Origin: an uncultured Phycisphaerales bacterium
Lineage (GTDB): Bacteria > Planctomycetota > Phycisphaerae > Phycisphaerales > SM1A02
Reading direction: 5' to 3'
Length of the DNA: 64,000 bases
NCBI GenBank assembly: GCA_938084645.1
Contig: CALKEP010000012.1
Location: forward strand, 1-64,000
Positions 28,252-37,199 of the stretch are shown here, one piece after another (positions within the stretch are counted from its first letter, which is position 1; each line of letters begins with the position of its first letter). The notes beneath the pieces are model-generated. The model made no database searches and had not been told where the DNA came from. It was given only the letters and a program-made list of their open reading frames with translations. A program made the translations under genes and the position numbers.

Positions 28252-31200
28252 GTGTCATTCTCGACCTTCATCCTCGCGAGCCTGCTGCTCACCGCCCTCC
28301 CCTCCGGTGACCCCCTGCCGGTCGATTTCACGCGAGACGTCCGGCCCATCCTCTCCAGCAAGTGTTTCGCCTGTCACGGCCCCGATGCCGAAGCGCGAGA
28401 AGCGGACCTGAGCCTCATCGACTTCGCGTCCGCCACCCGTGAACTCGCGCCGGGCGTCGCGGCGATCGTTCCCGGCGATCTCGACGCGAGCGAAGCGTGG
28501 CTTCGAATCATCGACGACGCCGACCCCATGCCCCCGAGGCGTGCACACGATCCCCTGAGCGACGACGAAGTCGCGACGATCCGGCGTTGGATCGAATCCG
28601 GCGCGAGCTACCGGCCCCACTGGGCGTACGTCGAACCGACGGAGACCGCCAGCGCCTCTTCGAATGATGCGGGGGTCGTGGATCGACTCCTCGACGACCG
28701 GCATGCGAGCCTCGGCCTCCTCGGAAGCGACGCCGCCGATCCGGTCACCCTGCTCCGGCGACTCTCCTTCGATCTCGCCGGACTGCCCCCCTCGCCCGCC
28801 GACGTCGACGCGTTCCTCGCGCTTCCACCGGACGAACGCCTCCCGCGGACCGTCGATCGCCTGCTGGCGAGCCCGCACTTCGGCGAACGCCTCGCGGTGC
28901 GATGGCTCGATCTCGTGCGATACGCGGACACCGTCGGGTACCACGGCGATCAGGAACACCGCGTCTGGCCCTACCGCGACTGGGTGATCCGGGCCTTCAA
29001 CGCGGGCATGCCGTTCGACCGGTTCACCCGCTGGCAACTGGCCGGCGACCTGGTCGTGGACGGCGACCCCGATCTCCCCGAGGGCGATCGGCAGGACGCG
29101 CTCGTCGCCTCCGGCTACAACCGACTGGTGCAGACGTCGCACGAGGGCGGACTCCAGCTCAAGGAGTATCGCGCGATCTACATGGCCGATCGCGTGCGGA
29201 ACACCAGCGAGGTCTGGATGGCGGCGACGGTCGGCTGCGCCCAGTGCCACGACCACAAGTACGACCCCTACACCCACGTCGACTACCACGCGTTCGGGGC
29301 GTTCTTCGCCGACATCGACGACGAGGCGCACCTTCGAAATCCGTACGACGGATACAACACCTCGCCCACCCGGCGCGAACCCGAGATGCAGGTGACGACA
29401 CCGGACGCTCGACGACGCCTCGAGGACATCGCGCAGCGTCGCGCTACCGCTCAGCGTCGGCTGCAAGCGGCCGAAACCGCGGCCGACGAGACATCACCGG
29501 CGTGGGAGCGGATGATGGAGGCGCGGATCGCGGCGGGTGGAGACCGGACGCAGACCTGGGTCGACGACGTCCTCGACACCGGCGGCACCGAACGCGGCGA
29601 CTGGACCTTCCACACCGACCCCGCGATCCCCGCCCGCCACGGAACCGCCTATCGCGTGCAACGATCCGACGGCCTCGTGCAGCACTACACCGTCGACACC
29701 GATCGACGGATCCGCGTCGAACCGGATTCCGTGCTGGAAGCCTGGATCCACCTCGATCCGACCGACCCGCCCGCGGCCGTGATGTTGCAGGCCCACGCCG
29801 ACGGCTCCTGGGAACATCGCGCCCGATGGGGCGATGACTCGATCTCCTACGGACGCACCGCGGACGATTCCCCCGCGTATCACCGGATGGGCGATCTCCC
29901 GCCGACGGGCGGGTGGCATCGACTCGAGGTGCCCCTCGCCGAGATCGGCCTCACCGAGGGTGTCGACATCGACGGCATCGCCTTCACCCAGTTCGGGGGG
30001 ACGGTTCGCTGGGACGCCACGTCGGTCCGCCAGCCAGGCCCGGCACCGCCCGAGGTCGTCGAGGCGCTGCGCCGCCCGCGGGGAGATCGCTCCGCCGAGG
30101 ACGAACGCGTGCTCGCCGCCCACCGCCGGTCATCCGACCCGGCGGTCGACGCGGCCGCCGCGGCGCTCGCCACGATCGAGGCGGAACGAGAGCACGTCGT
30201 GTCGACGCTCCCGACGACGCTCTACACCCGTCGTCTCGAGACGCCTCGCGAAGTTCGCGTCCTGCCGCGCGGAGACTGGCTCGACGAAAGCGGCCCGATG
30301 GTCGCCCCGGCGGTGCCCGCCTTCCTTGGCGAGGTTCCTCGACGCGATCCCGGGAACCCCCGGGCCGACCGGCTCGACCTCGCCGACTGGCTCGTCACGC
30401 CCGCCTCCGAAGGCGGGGTCGGGGAGATGACCGCCCGCGTCTTCGTGAATCGAATCTGGGCGATGCTCTTCGGGGAGGGACTCTGTCCGAGCGAGGAGGA
30501 CTTCGGCGGACAGGGACGCCCGCCCACCCACGCGGCGCTGCTCGATCTCCTTGCGGTCGACTTCATCGAGTCCGGGTGGGACGTCAAGGCCCTCGTCCGA
30601 CGGATCGTGCTCACCGACGCGTATGCCAGGTCGTCGGTCCCCGTCGGGGACACGGCCGCCCTCGACCCGGCGAATCTCCACTACGCCAGGCAGACCCGGC
30701 ACCGGGTCGACGCGGAGTTCGTACGTGACATCGCCCTGAGCGCCGGCGGGCTCCTCGACACCGACCGCGGTGGACCGAGCGTCAAGCCCCCGCAGCCCGC
30801 GGGGCTCTACCGGCACCTGAACTTCCCGATGCGTCGCTACGAACCCGACACCGACGACGCCCAGTGGCGACGAGGCGTGTACGTGCACTGGCAGCGACAG
30901 TTCCTGCACCCGATGCTCAAGGCCTTCGACGCGCCGTCCCGGGAGGCGTGCGTCGCGACGCGATCGGTCTCGAACACGCCGCTTGCGGCGCTGGTACTCA
31001 TGAACGATCCCGTCTTCGTCGCCGCCGCCCGCGGGCTCGCACGCCGGGTGCTGGCCGACGATTCCACCGCCTCGGACCGCGATCGCCTCGCGCACGCGTG
31101 GTTCATTGCGCTTTCCCGACGACCGAGCGAGTCGGAGTTGATGGTGCTGGAGCGGTTGCTGCAGAAGTCTCGAAGGGACTTCGGGGACATGCCCGAAAAC

Positions 31201-31338
31201 GCGATCACGCTGGTCGACGCCGCCCCTCGGGGTGAATCGACCGCGTCACCGCACGGACGTCCGCCGACCGAGTTCGCGGCCTGGATCCAGACCTGCCGGG
31301 CGATTCTCAACCTCCATGAGACGTACACCCGTGAATGA
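28252..31338 (+). CDS. Planctomycete cytochrome c / DUF1549 / DUF1553 (PSCyt1-PSCyt2-PSD1) protein
   Basis: VDFTRDVRPILSSKCFACHGPD, WLDLVRYADT, GCAQCHDHKYDP, TARVFVNRIW, SNTPLAAL.LMND. Confidence 0.95.
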   Translation: MSFSTFILASLLLTALPSGDPLPVDFTRDVRPILSSKCFACHGPDAEAREADLSLIDFASATRELAPGVAAIVPGDLDASEAWLRIIDDADPMPPRRAHDPLSDDEVATIRRWIESGASYRPHWAYVEPTETASASSNDAGVVDRLLDDRHASLGLLGSDAADPVTLLRRLSFDLAGLPPSPADVDAFLALPPDERLPRTVDRLLASPHFGERLAVRWLDLVRYADTVGYHGDQEHRVWPYRDWVIRAFNAGMPFDRFTRWQLAGDLVVDGDPDLPEGDRQDALVASGYNRLVQTSHEGGLQLKEYRAIYMADRVRNTSEVWMAATVGCAQCHDHKYDPYTHVDYHAFGAFFADIDDEAHLRNPYDGYNTSPTRREPEMQVTTPDARRRLEDIAQRRATAQRRLQAAETAADETSPAWERMMEARIAAGGDRTQTWVDDVLDTGGTERGDWTFHTDPAIPARHGTAYRVQRSDGLVQHYTVDTDRRIRVEPDSVLEAWIHLDPTDPPAAVMLQAHADGSWEHRARWGDDSISYGRTADDSPAYHRMGDLPPTGGWHRLEVPLAEIGLTEGVDIDGIAFTQFGGTVRWDATSVRQPGPAPPEVVEALRRPRGDRSAEDERVLAAHRRSSDPAVDAAAAALATIEAEREHVVSTLPTTLYTRRLETPREVRVLPRGDWLDESGPMVAPAVPAFLGEVPRRDPGNPRADRLDLADWLVTPASEGGVGEMTARVFVNRIWAMLFGEGLCPSEEDFGGQGRPPTHAALLDLLAVDFIESGWDVKALVRRIVLTDAYARSSVPVGDTAALDPANLHYARQTRHRVDAEFVRDIALSAGGLLDTDRGGPSVKPPQPAGLYRHLNFPMRRYEPDTDDAQWRRGVYVHWQRQFLHPMLKAFDAPSREACVATRSVSNTPLAALVLMNDPVFVAAARGLARRVLADDSTASDRDRLAHAWFIALSRRPSESELMVLERLLQKSRRDFGDMPENAITLVDAAPRGESTASPHGRPPTEFAAWIQTCRAILNLHETYTRE

Positions 31339-32764
31339 GCCGATGTCCGAAATCCTCGCCGAACTCGACGCGATGAGTCGACGCCGATTCCTCGGTTCCC
31401 TGTCGATGGGGCTGGGGGCGGCCTCGCTCAGCCAGTGGCCGGGCGCCCTTCCCGCCGTGGCCGCCGCGGGCCCCGCGCCACCACTCCTGCTTCCGAAGGC
31501 CAAGCGGGTGATCTTCCTGTGCATGGCCGGCGGGCCGAGCCACCTCGAGACCTTCGACCACAAGCCGCGGCTCGTGGAACTCGACGGCCAGCCGATGCCC
31601 GAGTCGTACACCCGGGGCATGCCGATCGCCCAGCTGCAGGGCAAGGAACTCCGCTGCCTCGGGTCCCGGGCGACGTTCCGTCGGCACGGCGAGAGCGGAC
31701 AGTCGATCAGCGACTACCTGCCGCACATCGCGACCTGCGCCGACGACATCGCCATCGTGAACTCGATGGTGACCGAGCAGATCAACCATGATCCCGCCCA
31801 CACCTTCATGAACACCGGGACCATCGTGCCCGATCGCCCCAGCATGGGGTCGTGGGTGAACTACGGACTCGGCTCCCTGAGCGAGAATCTCCCCGGCTTC
31901 GTGGTGCTGACCAGCGTGGGCGGCCGCAATCCGCAGCCCATCGCGGCCCGGCAGTGGTCGAGTGGATTCCTACCCAGCAAACTCTCGGGCGTGGAGTTCC
32001 ACGGCCAGGGCGATCCCGTCCACTACGTCGCCAATCCGCCCGGCATCACCACCGACTGCCAGTCGAACCTCGTCGATGCGGTGGCGGAACTGAACCGACT
32101 CCGGGCCGAAACCACCCGCGATCCCGAAATCGACTCGCGGATCGCCCAGCACGAACTCGCGTTCCGGATGCAGGCGTCGATTCCCGAACTCATGGACATC
32201 TCCGAGGAATCACCGGAGACCCTCGAGATGTACGGCGCCGTTCCCGGCGACGGATCATTCGCCAGCAACTGTCTCCTCGCCCGCCGACTCGCGGAACGCG
32301 GCGTCCGCTTCATCCACCTCTACCATCGCGGCTGGGATCACCACGGCGGCCTGAAGCAGTACATGGACGTGTGCTGCGACAAGTGCGATCAGCCGACCGC
32401 GGCCCTGCTCAAGGATCTCAAGCGGCGCGGCATGCTCGAAGACACCCTCGTGGTCTGGGGCGGCGAGTTCGGACGGACCCCGATGTCCCAGGGTGGCGGC
32501 AGCGATCCGGGCCGGGACCATCACATCAAGGGCTTCTCGATGTTTCTGGCGGGCGGCGGCGTCCGCGGTGGCGTGACCCACGGCGCCACGGACGAACTCG
32601 GCTACGACGCGGTGCAGGACGTCGTCCACGTCCGCGACCTGCACGCGACCATGCTGCACCTGCTGGGACTCGATCACCAGCGCCTCAGCGTGCCGCACCA
32701 GGGCCTCGACGTCCGCCTCACCGGGGTCGAATCGGCGCGCATCGTGCGGGAGATCCTCACATGA
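31331..32764 (+). CDS. DUF1501-domain protein with Tat signal
   Basis: SRRRFL twin-Arg; AKRVIFLCMAGGPSHLETFD, WDHH, WGGEFGRTP, GRDHH; overlaps the upstream gene; start at 31331 or 31343. Confidence 0.95.
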   Translation: MNEPMSEILAELDAMSRRRFLGSLSMGLGAASLSQWPGALPAVAAAGPAPPLLLPKAKRVIFLCMAGGPSHLETFDHKPRLVELDGQPMPESYTRGMPIAQLQGKELRCLGSRATFRRHGESGQSISDYLPHIATCADDIAIVNSMVTEQINHDPAHTFMNTGTIVPDRPSMGSWVNYGLGSLSENLPGFVVLTSVGGRNPQPIAARQWSSGFLPSKLSGVEFHGQGDPVHYVANPPGITTDCQSNLVDAVAELNRLRAETTRDPEIDSRIAQHELAFRMQASIPELMDISEESPETLEMYGAVPGDGSFASNCLLARRLAERGVRFIHLYHRGWDHHGGLKQYMDVCCDKCDQPTAALLKDLKRRGMLEDTLVVWGGEFGRTPMSQGGGSDPGRDHHIKGFSMFLAGGGVRGGVTHGATDELGYDAVQDVVHVRDLHATMLHLLGLDHQRLSVPHQGLDVRLTGVESARIVREILT

Positions 32765-33540
32765 CCGCATCGACACCCGCCTCCGACGACGCCGGCTCAC
32801 CACCGACCACGCCGCCGCCCCGGCGTGCGATCCGAGACGTCAAGCCGGCGGATCGCCTCCCGCCCCGCGCGACGGTCCGTCGCTGCATTCTCTGGGTCGT
32901 GATCGCCTTCGTGGCGGGAACCACGAGTTTCATGCTCGGGCTCACCGCGAATGAAGCCTCGCCGACCGCGATGGCCCTCGGGATCGCGATCTACGGCTGC
33001 TTCATCGGCCTGGCCAGCTCCAGCCGTGGATTTCGCCGACGCCTGCAAAGACCGTTCGTCGAGCGATCGTTCAGAATCGGATACGGACTCCGCCTCGCGG
33101 TCTGCATCGTGCCCGGCGCCGCCTTTGCCGTCGACATGTTCCCGGGAATCCTCGCGGTGATGGCCGGAGAGGCGTTCGAACGGTACGTCGTATTCGACAT
33201 CTTCGCGTCCACGCTGGTGTCGACCCTCGTGCAGGGAACCCTGATCAACATCCTCATCCTGTTGGTGGTGGCCTCCGCGTGGCTCGTGCAGTCGATGTTC
33301 ATGGAATGGAAGCCGCCGACCCACGACCCGCAGGCCTGCGCCGACTGTGGCTACCACCTCGAAACGCTGGCGGAGGACACCACCGCGACGTGCCCCGAAT
33401 GCGGGCGAACCAACGAGGGGCTGACGGACCGCCGCGTTTGGATCGACCGGGCCTCCTGGCCGAAGTTTCTGCTGGTGATGATCGGCTCCGGACTTCTGGG
33501 AATCCTCGCCCAGGGCGGGACGTTCCTCCTGTTCGGCTGA
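32761..33540 (+). CDS. Membrane protein with zinc-ribbon motif
   Basis: Several TM helices; CADCGYHL...CPECG; ATGA overlap with the DUF1501 stop. Confidence 0.75.
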   Translation: MTASTPASDDAGSPPTTPPPRRAIRDVKPADRLPPRATVRRCILWVVIAFVAGTTSFMLGLTANEASPTAMALGIAIYGCFIGLASSSRGFRRRLQRPFVERSFRIGYGLRLAVCIVPGAAFAVDMFPGILAVMAGEAFERYVVFDIFASTLVSTLVQGTLINILILLVVASAWLVQSMFMEWKPPTHDPQACADCGYHLETLAEDTTATCPECGRTNEGLTDRRVWIDRASWPKFLLVMIGSGLLGILAQGGTFLLFG

Positions 33541-33636
33541 CGACGCCGACCACGCGACCGCCAACCCCACCGGGCCGCTTCGCGTTCCGCGGCATCACCA
33601 CACCGACTGGAACCGGCCTTCTTCTCGCCGGGACGA

Positions 33637-35109
33637 TCAGCCGGGGCAGACGCCCCACGCACCGATCATCAGACCGAGGTCCGCGCCGTCGATGGACGCA
33701 TCGCCGTTGAGATCCCCGAGTCCGCTCGTTCCCCAGCCGCCGATCAACAATCCGAGATCCGCCCCATCGACGACGCCGTCGCCGTTGAGATCACCGGTGC
33801 AGTCGGCCTGCGGCTCGGGGATGAAGTCGAACGACGTGATCTCGATCGACTGCTCCTGGCCGTTCATCGGCGGACTGCCGTTGACCAGCCAGAGGTTGAG
33901 GTGCACGCGGGCGAGCCCGGGACGCGGCTGATGCGGCCCCGTATACGTCCATTCGTGCAGCAGGTCCTCGCTCGAGGGCTCGTCGGCGTGCCCGAGCCAG
34001 GCCCGACAGATCACGCCGTCCGGCGTCCAGTTGAATTCACTGGTCACCTCGGCCGGCGTCGGCTCGGGCATCGCGAACCGGCTGATGTTCCCACCCCACC
34101 AGTAGGGCTGGGCGACGAACTGGGCGAAGTCGTTGCCGGGTTGACCCCAGCGGCTGAACTCGATGTCGAACTCGCTCGCCGGGTTCCACCACTCGTCGCT
34201 TCCTTCGAAGCACTGCGGGTACTCCCAGAGGAAGAGCCCGAAGACCGTGTTGGGGTCGAGCAGGTCGACCCGCCCGCGGGTCTTGAATCGATACGTCCCG
34301 TAGCCGAGCACGTCTTCGACCGTGACTTCGGAGCATCGCCATTGATCACCGACCCTGGTGATCGCGAGGCGAAGCGATCCGTCCGGCCGCACCGTGGCAT
34401 TGTTCGGGGAGGGGGAGAATGCGTTCGGGCCCGGACCCGTGTAGGCGGACTTGACCCGCCAGATGCGGTCGGAGAACTCCAAGGTCGTCCCGCCGAAGTC
34501 GCCCCACTGGTTCACGCCTGGATTGACCCGCATGAACTGGAACGCATCCACATACGCCCGCCCCGGTTCCTGGGCCTTGGTCTGGATGAATGCGAACTCC
34601 AGTCGGATCCGGTCGGTCCCGGACGGCGCCACCGGCAGAAGCTCCTCCACCGTGAACATCTCGTCCGTGGGGGATTCCTGATTGAGCAGGATTCTGGATG
34701 AGACGTCGAGCACGTTTCCACTCGAATCGAGCCAGGTCGCGATGAAGGCCAGCCGGGCCGCCCCGACGACCGGGTCGGCGCCACGATGCCCGACGTCGAC
34801 CACGAATCGGTGTCGCCATCCCGGGAGACAGTCCACGGTCTCGATCAACCTTGAAATGCCGGGGCCCCCCGTCGACGGTCCTGCGATCCAGGCGGCCCAC
34901 GATCCGTGAGAACGGAGCCCGGGCGATCGACCGACGGCACCGTCGTCCGACCAGGCCGCGATGGGTTCGCCGCCCTCGCCGGGGCCGATCTCGAAGCTGG
35001 GGTTGTCTGGAATGCAGCCGAGGTCGCCCCCAAAAGCCGCGGCCGCGACGGCGGAAGCCGTCACGGCCGCGGACTGGAGGACGATTCTGAAATCACGGTT
35101 CCGGTTCAT
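33637..35109 (-). CDS. Secreted GH16-like glycoside hydrolase with N-terminal CBM-like domain and dockerin-like pair
   Basis: Signal peptide; NPSFE-type beta-sandwich; GPGPNAFS, GYGTYRF, SEFDIEFSRW (ExDxE), HLNLWL; CTGDLNGDGVVDGADLGLLIGGWG and a second similar repeat. Confidence 0.8.
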   Translation of the reverse strand: MNRNRDFRIVLQSAAVTASAVAAAAFGGDLGCIPDNPSFEIGPGEGGEPIAAWSDDGAVGRSPGLRSHGSWAAWIAGPSTGGPGISRLIETVDCLPGWRHRFVVDVGHRGADPVVGAARLAFIATWLDSSGNVLDVSSRILLNQESPTDEMFTVEELLPVAPSGTDRIRLEFAFIQTKAQEPGRAYVDAFQFMRVNPGVNQWGDFGGTTLEFSDRIWRVKSAYTGPGPNAFSPSPNNATVRPDGSLRLAITRVGDQWRCSEVTVEDVLGYGTYRFKTRGRVDLLDPNTVFGLFLWEYPQCFEGSDEWWNPASEFDIEFSRWGQPGNDFAQFVAQPYWWGGNISRFAMPEPTPAEVTSEFNWTPDGVICRAWLGHADEPSSEDLLHEWTYTGPHQPRPGLARVHLNLWLVNGSPPMNGQEQSIEITSFDFIPEPQADCTGDLNGDGVVDGADLGLLIGGWGTSGLGDLNGDASIDGADLGLMIGAWGVCPG

Positions 35110-35159
35110 GCGAGAGTCTAGGCTCCATTACGGAATCGGACCGTGAATTCAAGTCCGGC

Positions 35160-36674
35160 TCAGGGGCCTTCACATCCGTTGCAGAACTGCTCAGCGAGCC
35201 CGGCACAGATCGAGTCCCATCCGAACTGGCAGCAGATCGGATCCTGCTGGCACACCAGTTCGGTGCAGGCCTGGTCGGAGCAACTGGTGTTGCCGTTGGC
35301 CTCGCAGCAATCGCAGTCGGGGCAGTCGCCCGGGTCACCACCGCCGCCACCGGGGTCATCGGGGCAGTCGCCCCACACGGCGAGGAACTCACCGAGGTCG
35401 ACGCCGTTCACGAACCCGTCGTTGTTCAGGTCTTCCACACAGCCGGCGCACGCACCCCAGGCCGCGAAGAGGAATCCGAAGTCGGCACCATCGACGACGC
35501 CGTCGTCGTTGAAGTCGCCGGGACAGGCGACCGGTCCACCGCCACCACTGCCGACGGTGACGTCGACCTCATCGATCCGGATCGACCCGGCGCCACAGTT
35601 GGGCTGGACGATCTGCGCGACGATGCGGATCGAGGTCGTTCCCGCGGGCGCGGTTCCGGAGATCTCGGCGAAGTGCCAGGTGTCGTTGTCGAACGCGCCG
35701 GTGCCGTCCATGACGGTCCCGGCGACCGAGTCGAGCGGGGCGCTGATGTCGGTACCGAGGAACTCGATCTTCTGAAGGACGAAGTTGTCCGTCCCGACGA
35801 TCGAGTCCGCTCCGGGGGTGAAGGCCGACATCGACAGGGTCACCTCGTCGCCTTCGAAGATGTCGGGGATGATCTGACCGAGACCGGAGACGCCACCGGG
35901 ATCGCACTGGCCGTCCCCGTCGTAGTCGGGGAACGAACCGAACATGCCGGCGGAGTGCGGGCCGTTGATGAAGTTGAAGTCATCGAAGAAGACGTTGCCG
36001 TACTGCTCGGCCCAGCCGTTGAAGGTGGGGAACACGAGGTACTGGTAGTCGACGCCGTTGTCGAAACTCGGGTTGAGGAGCGGCTTCTCGGGGTTCCGCT
36101 TGCTGGAAGCGAGCACCATGTCGTCGATGTACATCGCTCCCGCATCGTCGGGGTCGGCCTGGAGATAGACCGGCACGATCGCGGCGGAGACCGCATTGTC
36201 GGGGGCATAGGCGAGGAAGTCGGCGGGGATCCACTCTTCCAGAGGCATCTTGGGGTCGTAGCCTTCGAGAATGCGACGCTCGGCGAGCGCGACGACCGTG
36301 TTCGAGGCATCCTTGAACTCGACCTTGATTCCGCCCCAGCTGCCGTTGCGGATCTGGTCACCCGCCGGCGTGAGCGCGGCCGCACCGACCCGGTAGACCG
36401 AGCCGCCGACCACGGGAATGTCGTAGATCGAGACGGCACCGTTCCCGTTATACGGCGAGCAGAAGCAACCGAACATCTTCAGCGACCATGCCGAATCCAA
36501 GGCGAACTCACCGTTGCGGCTGGCGTTGCCGAACGTGGCGTAGGTCTTGGTGATGGGAACCTCGAAACCAGGATTCTCAAGCAGGTTCGGACCGTCTGCG
36601 TCATCTGCGAACGCGCCGCCAGTGGGAACAAGCGCTGCGGCGACGAGGCCGAGCGTGAGGGATCGAATGGTCAC
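35160..36674 (-). CDS. Secreted protein: two CBM4/9-like domains, dockerin-like pair, Cys-rich tail
   Basis: GTG at 36674 after AGGAGA; LLENPGFE and LLNPSFD domain starts, each domain ending in IDD/IDE; CPGDFNDDGVVDGADFG..WG; CC...WD..C tail. Confidence 0.75.
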   Translation of the reverse strand: MTIRSLTLGLVAAALVPTGGAFADDADGPNLLENPGFEVPITKTYATFGNASRNGEFALDSAWSLKMFGCFCSPYNGNGAVSIYDIPVVGGSVYRVGAAALTPAGDQIRNGSWGGIKVEFKDASNTVVALAERRILEGYDPKMPLEEWIPADFLAYAPDNAVSAAIVPVYLQADPDDAGAMYIDDMVLASSKRNPEKPLLNPSFDNGVDYQYLVFPTFNGWAEQYGNVFFDDFNFINGPHSAGMFGSFPDYDGDGQCDPGGVSGLGQIIPDIFEGDEVTLSMSAFTPGADSIVGTDNFVLQKIEFLGTDISAPLDSVAGTVMDGTGAFDNDTWHFAEISGTAPAGTTSIRIVAQIVQPNCGAGSIRIDEVDVTVGSGGGGPVACPGDFNDDGVVDGADFGFLFAAWGACAGCVEDLNNDGFVNGVDLGEFLAVWGDCPDDPGGGGGDPGDCPDCDCCEANGNTSCSDQACTELVCQQDPICCQFGWDSICAGLAEQFCNGCEGP

Positions 36675-36858
36675 GGATCTTCTCCTGTATTGAAGAGATT
36701 GAGGAATCGGAGCCTGAAACGAAGGTCGGGCCACGGTGCCCGTCGCGAGCCAAGTCGAAGAAGATCCGCCTTGCTCGCGATAAACGCTTGCTGCCTCTCG
36801 AGCTGATGACCCGCAGGTCACTGAATCAGCCATCGAAAGCCACCCATCGACGTAGAAC

Positions 36859-36875
36859 GGAAAGAACGTTTTTCC
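36859..36875. promoter_or_regulatory. Candidate LacI-type operator-like imperfect palindrome in divergent AT-rich promoter region
   Basis: GGAAAGAACGTTTTTCC with central CG; lies between divergent carbohydrate-active genes. Confidence 0.3.
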
Positions 36876-37199
36876 TGTCTGGAGAGGTGTTCCAGCCGTT
36901 CCAACTGAACAATGCTACGCCTAAACCCCTCGCATTCCAGTCTTTCGCGATACTTTTCCGATTTCCAAGCAGAATCCCGAGAAATGCAAATCCGGACCTT
37001 TGTTTCGTGAAATTTCCCATGAATCGGACCTTGAAATCCGGAATTCAACCCACGGAAAACCCGGGTCCCGGAGTCCATGTTCTTCATTCCGCGAATGCCG
37101 ATTGTTGGTTTGTCCAGACACTTTTCATTGTCTATCCTCGATGCACGCAGACGATCGCTGCAGCGAATCGTTCAAACCATCCCCGGAACCAAAGAAGAT

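Noticed and set aside
28252..32764. PSCyt/DUF1553 + DUF1501 pair as a novel system
   Set aside because: Function is unknown, but it is a well-known, highly paralogous planctomycete module; nothing distinctive here.
36802..36840. Hammerhead-ribozyme-like CTGATGA...GAAA
   Set aside because: The bases that must close stem II do not pair, and CTGAT is itself paired in a local hairpin.
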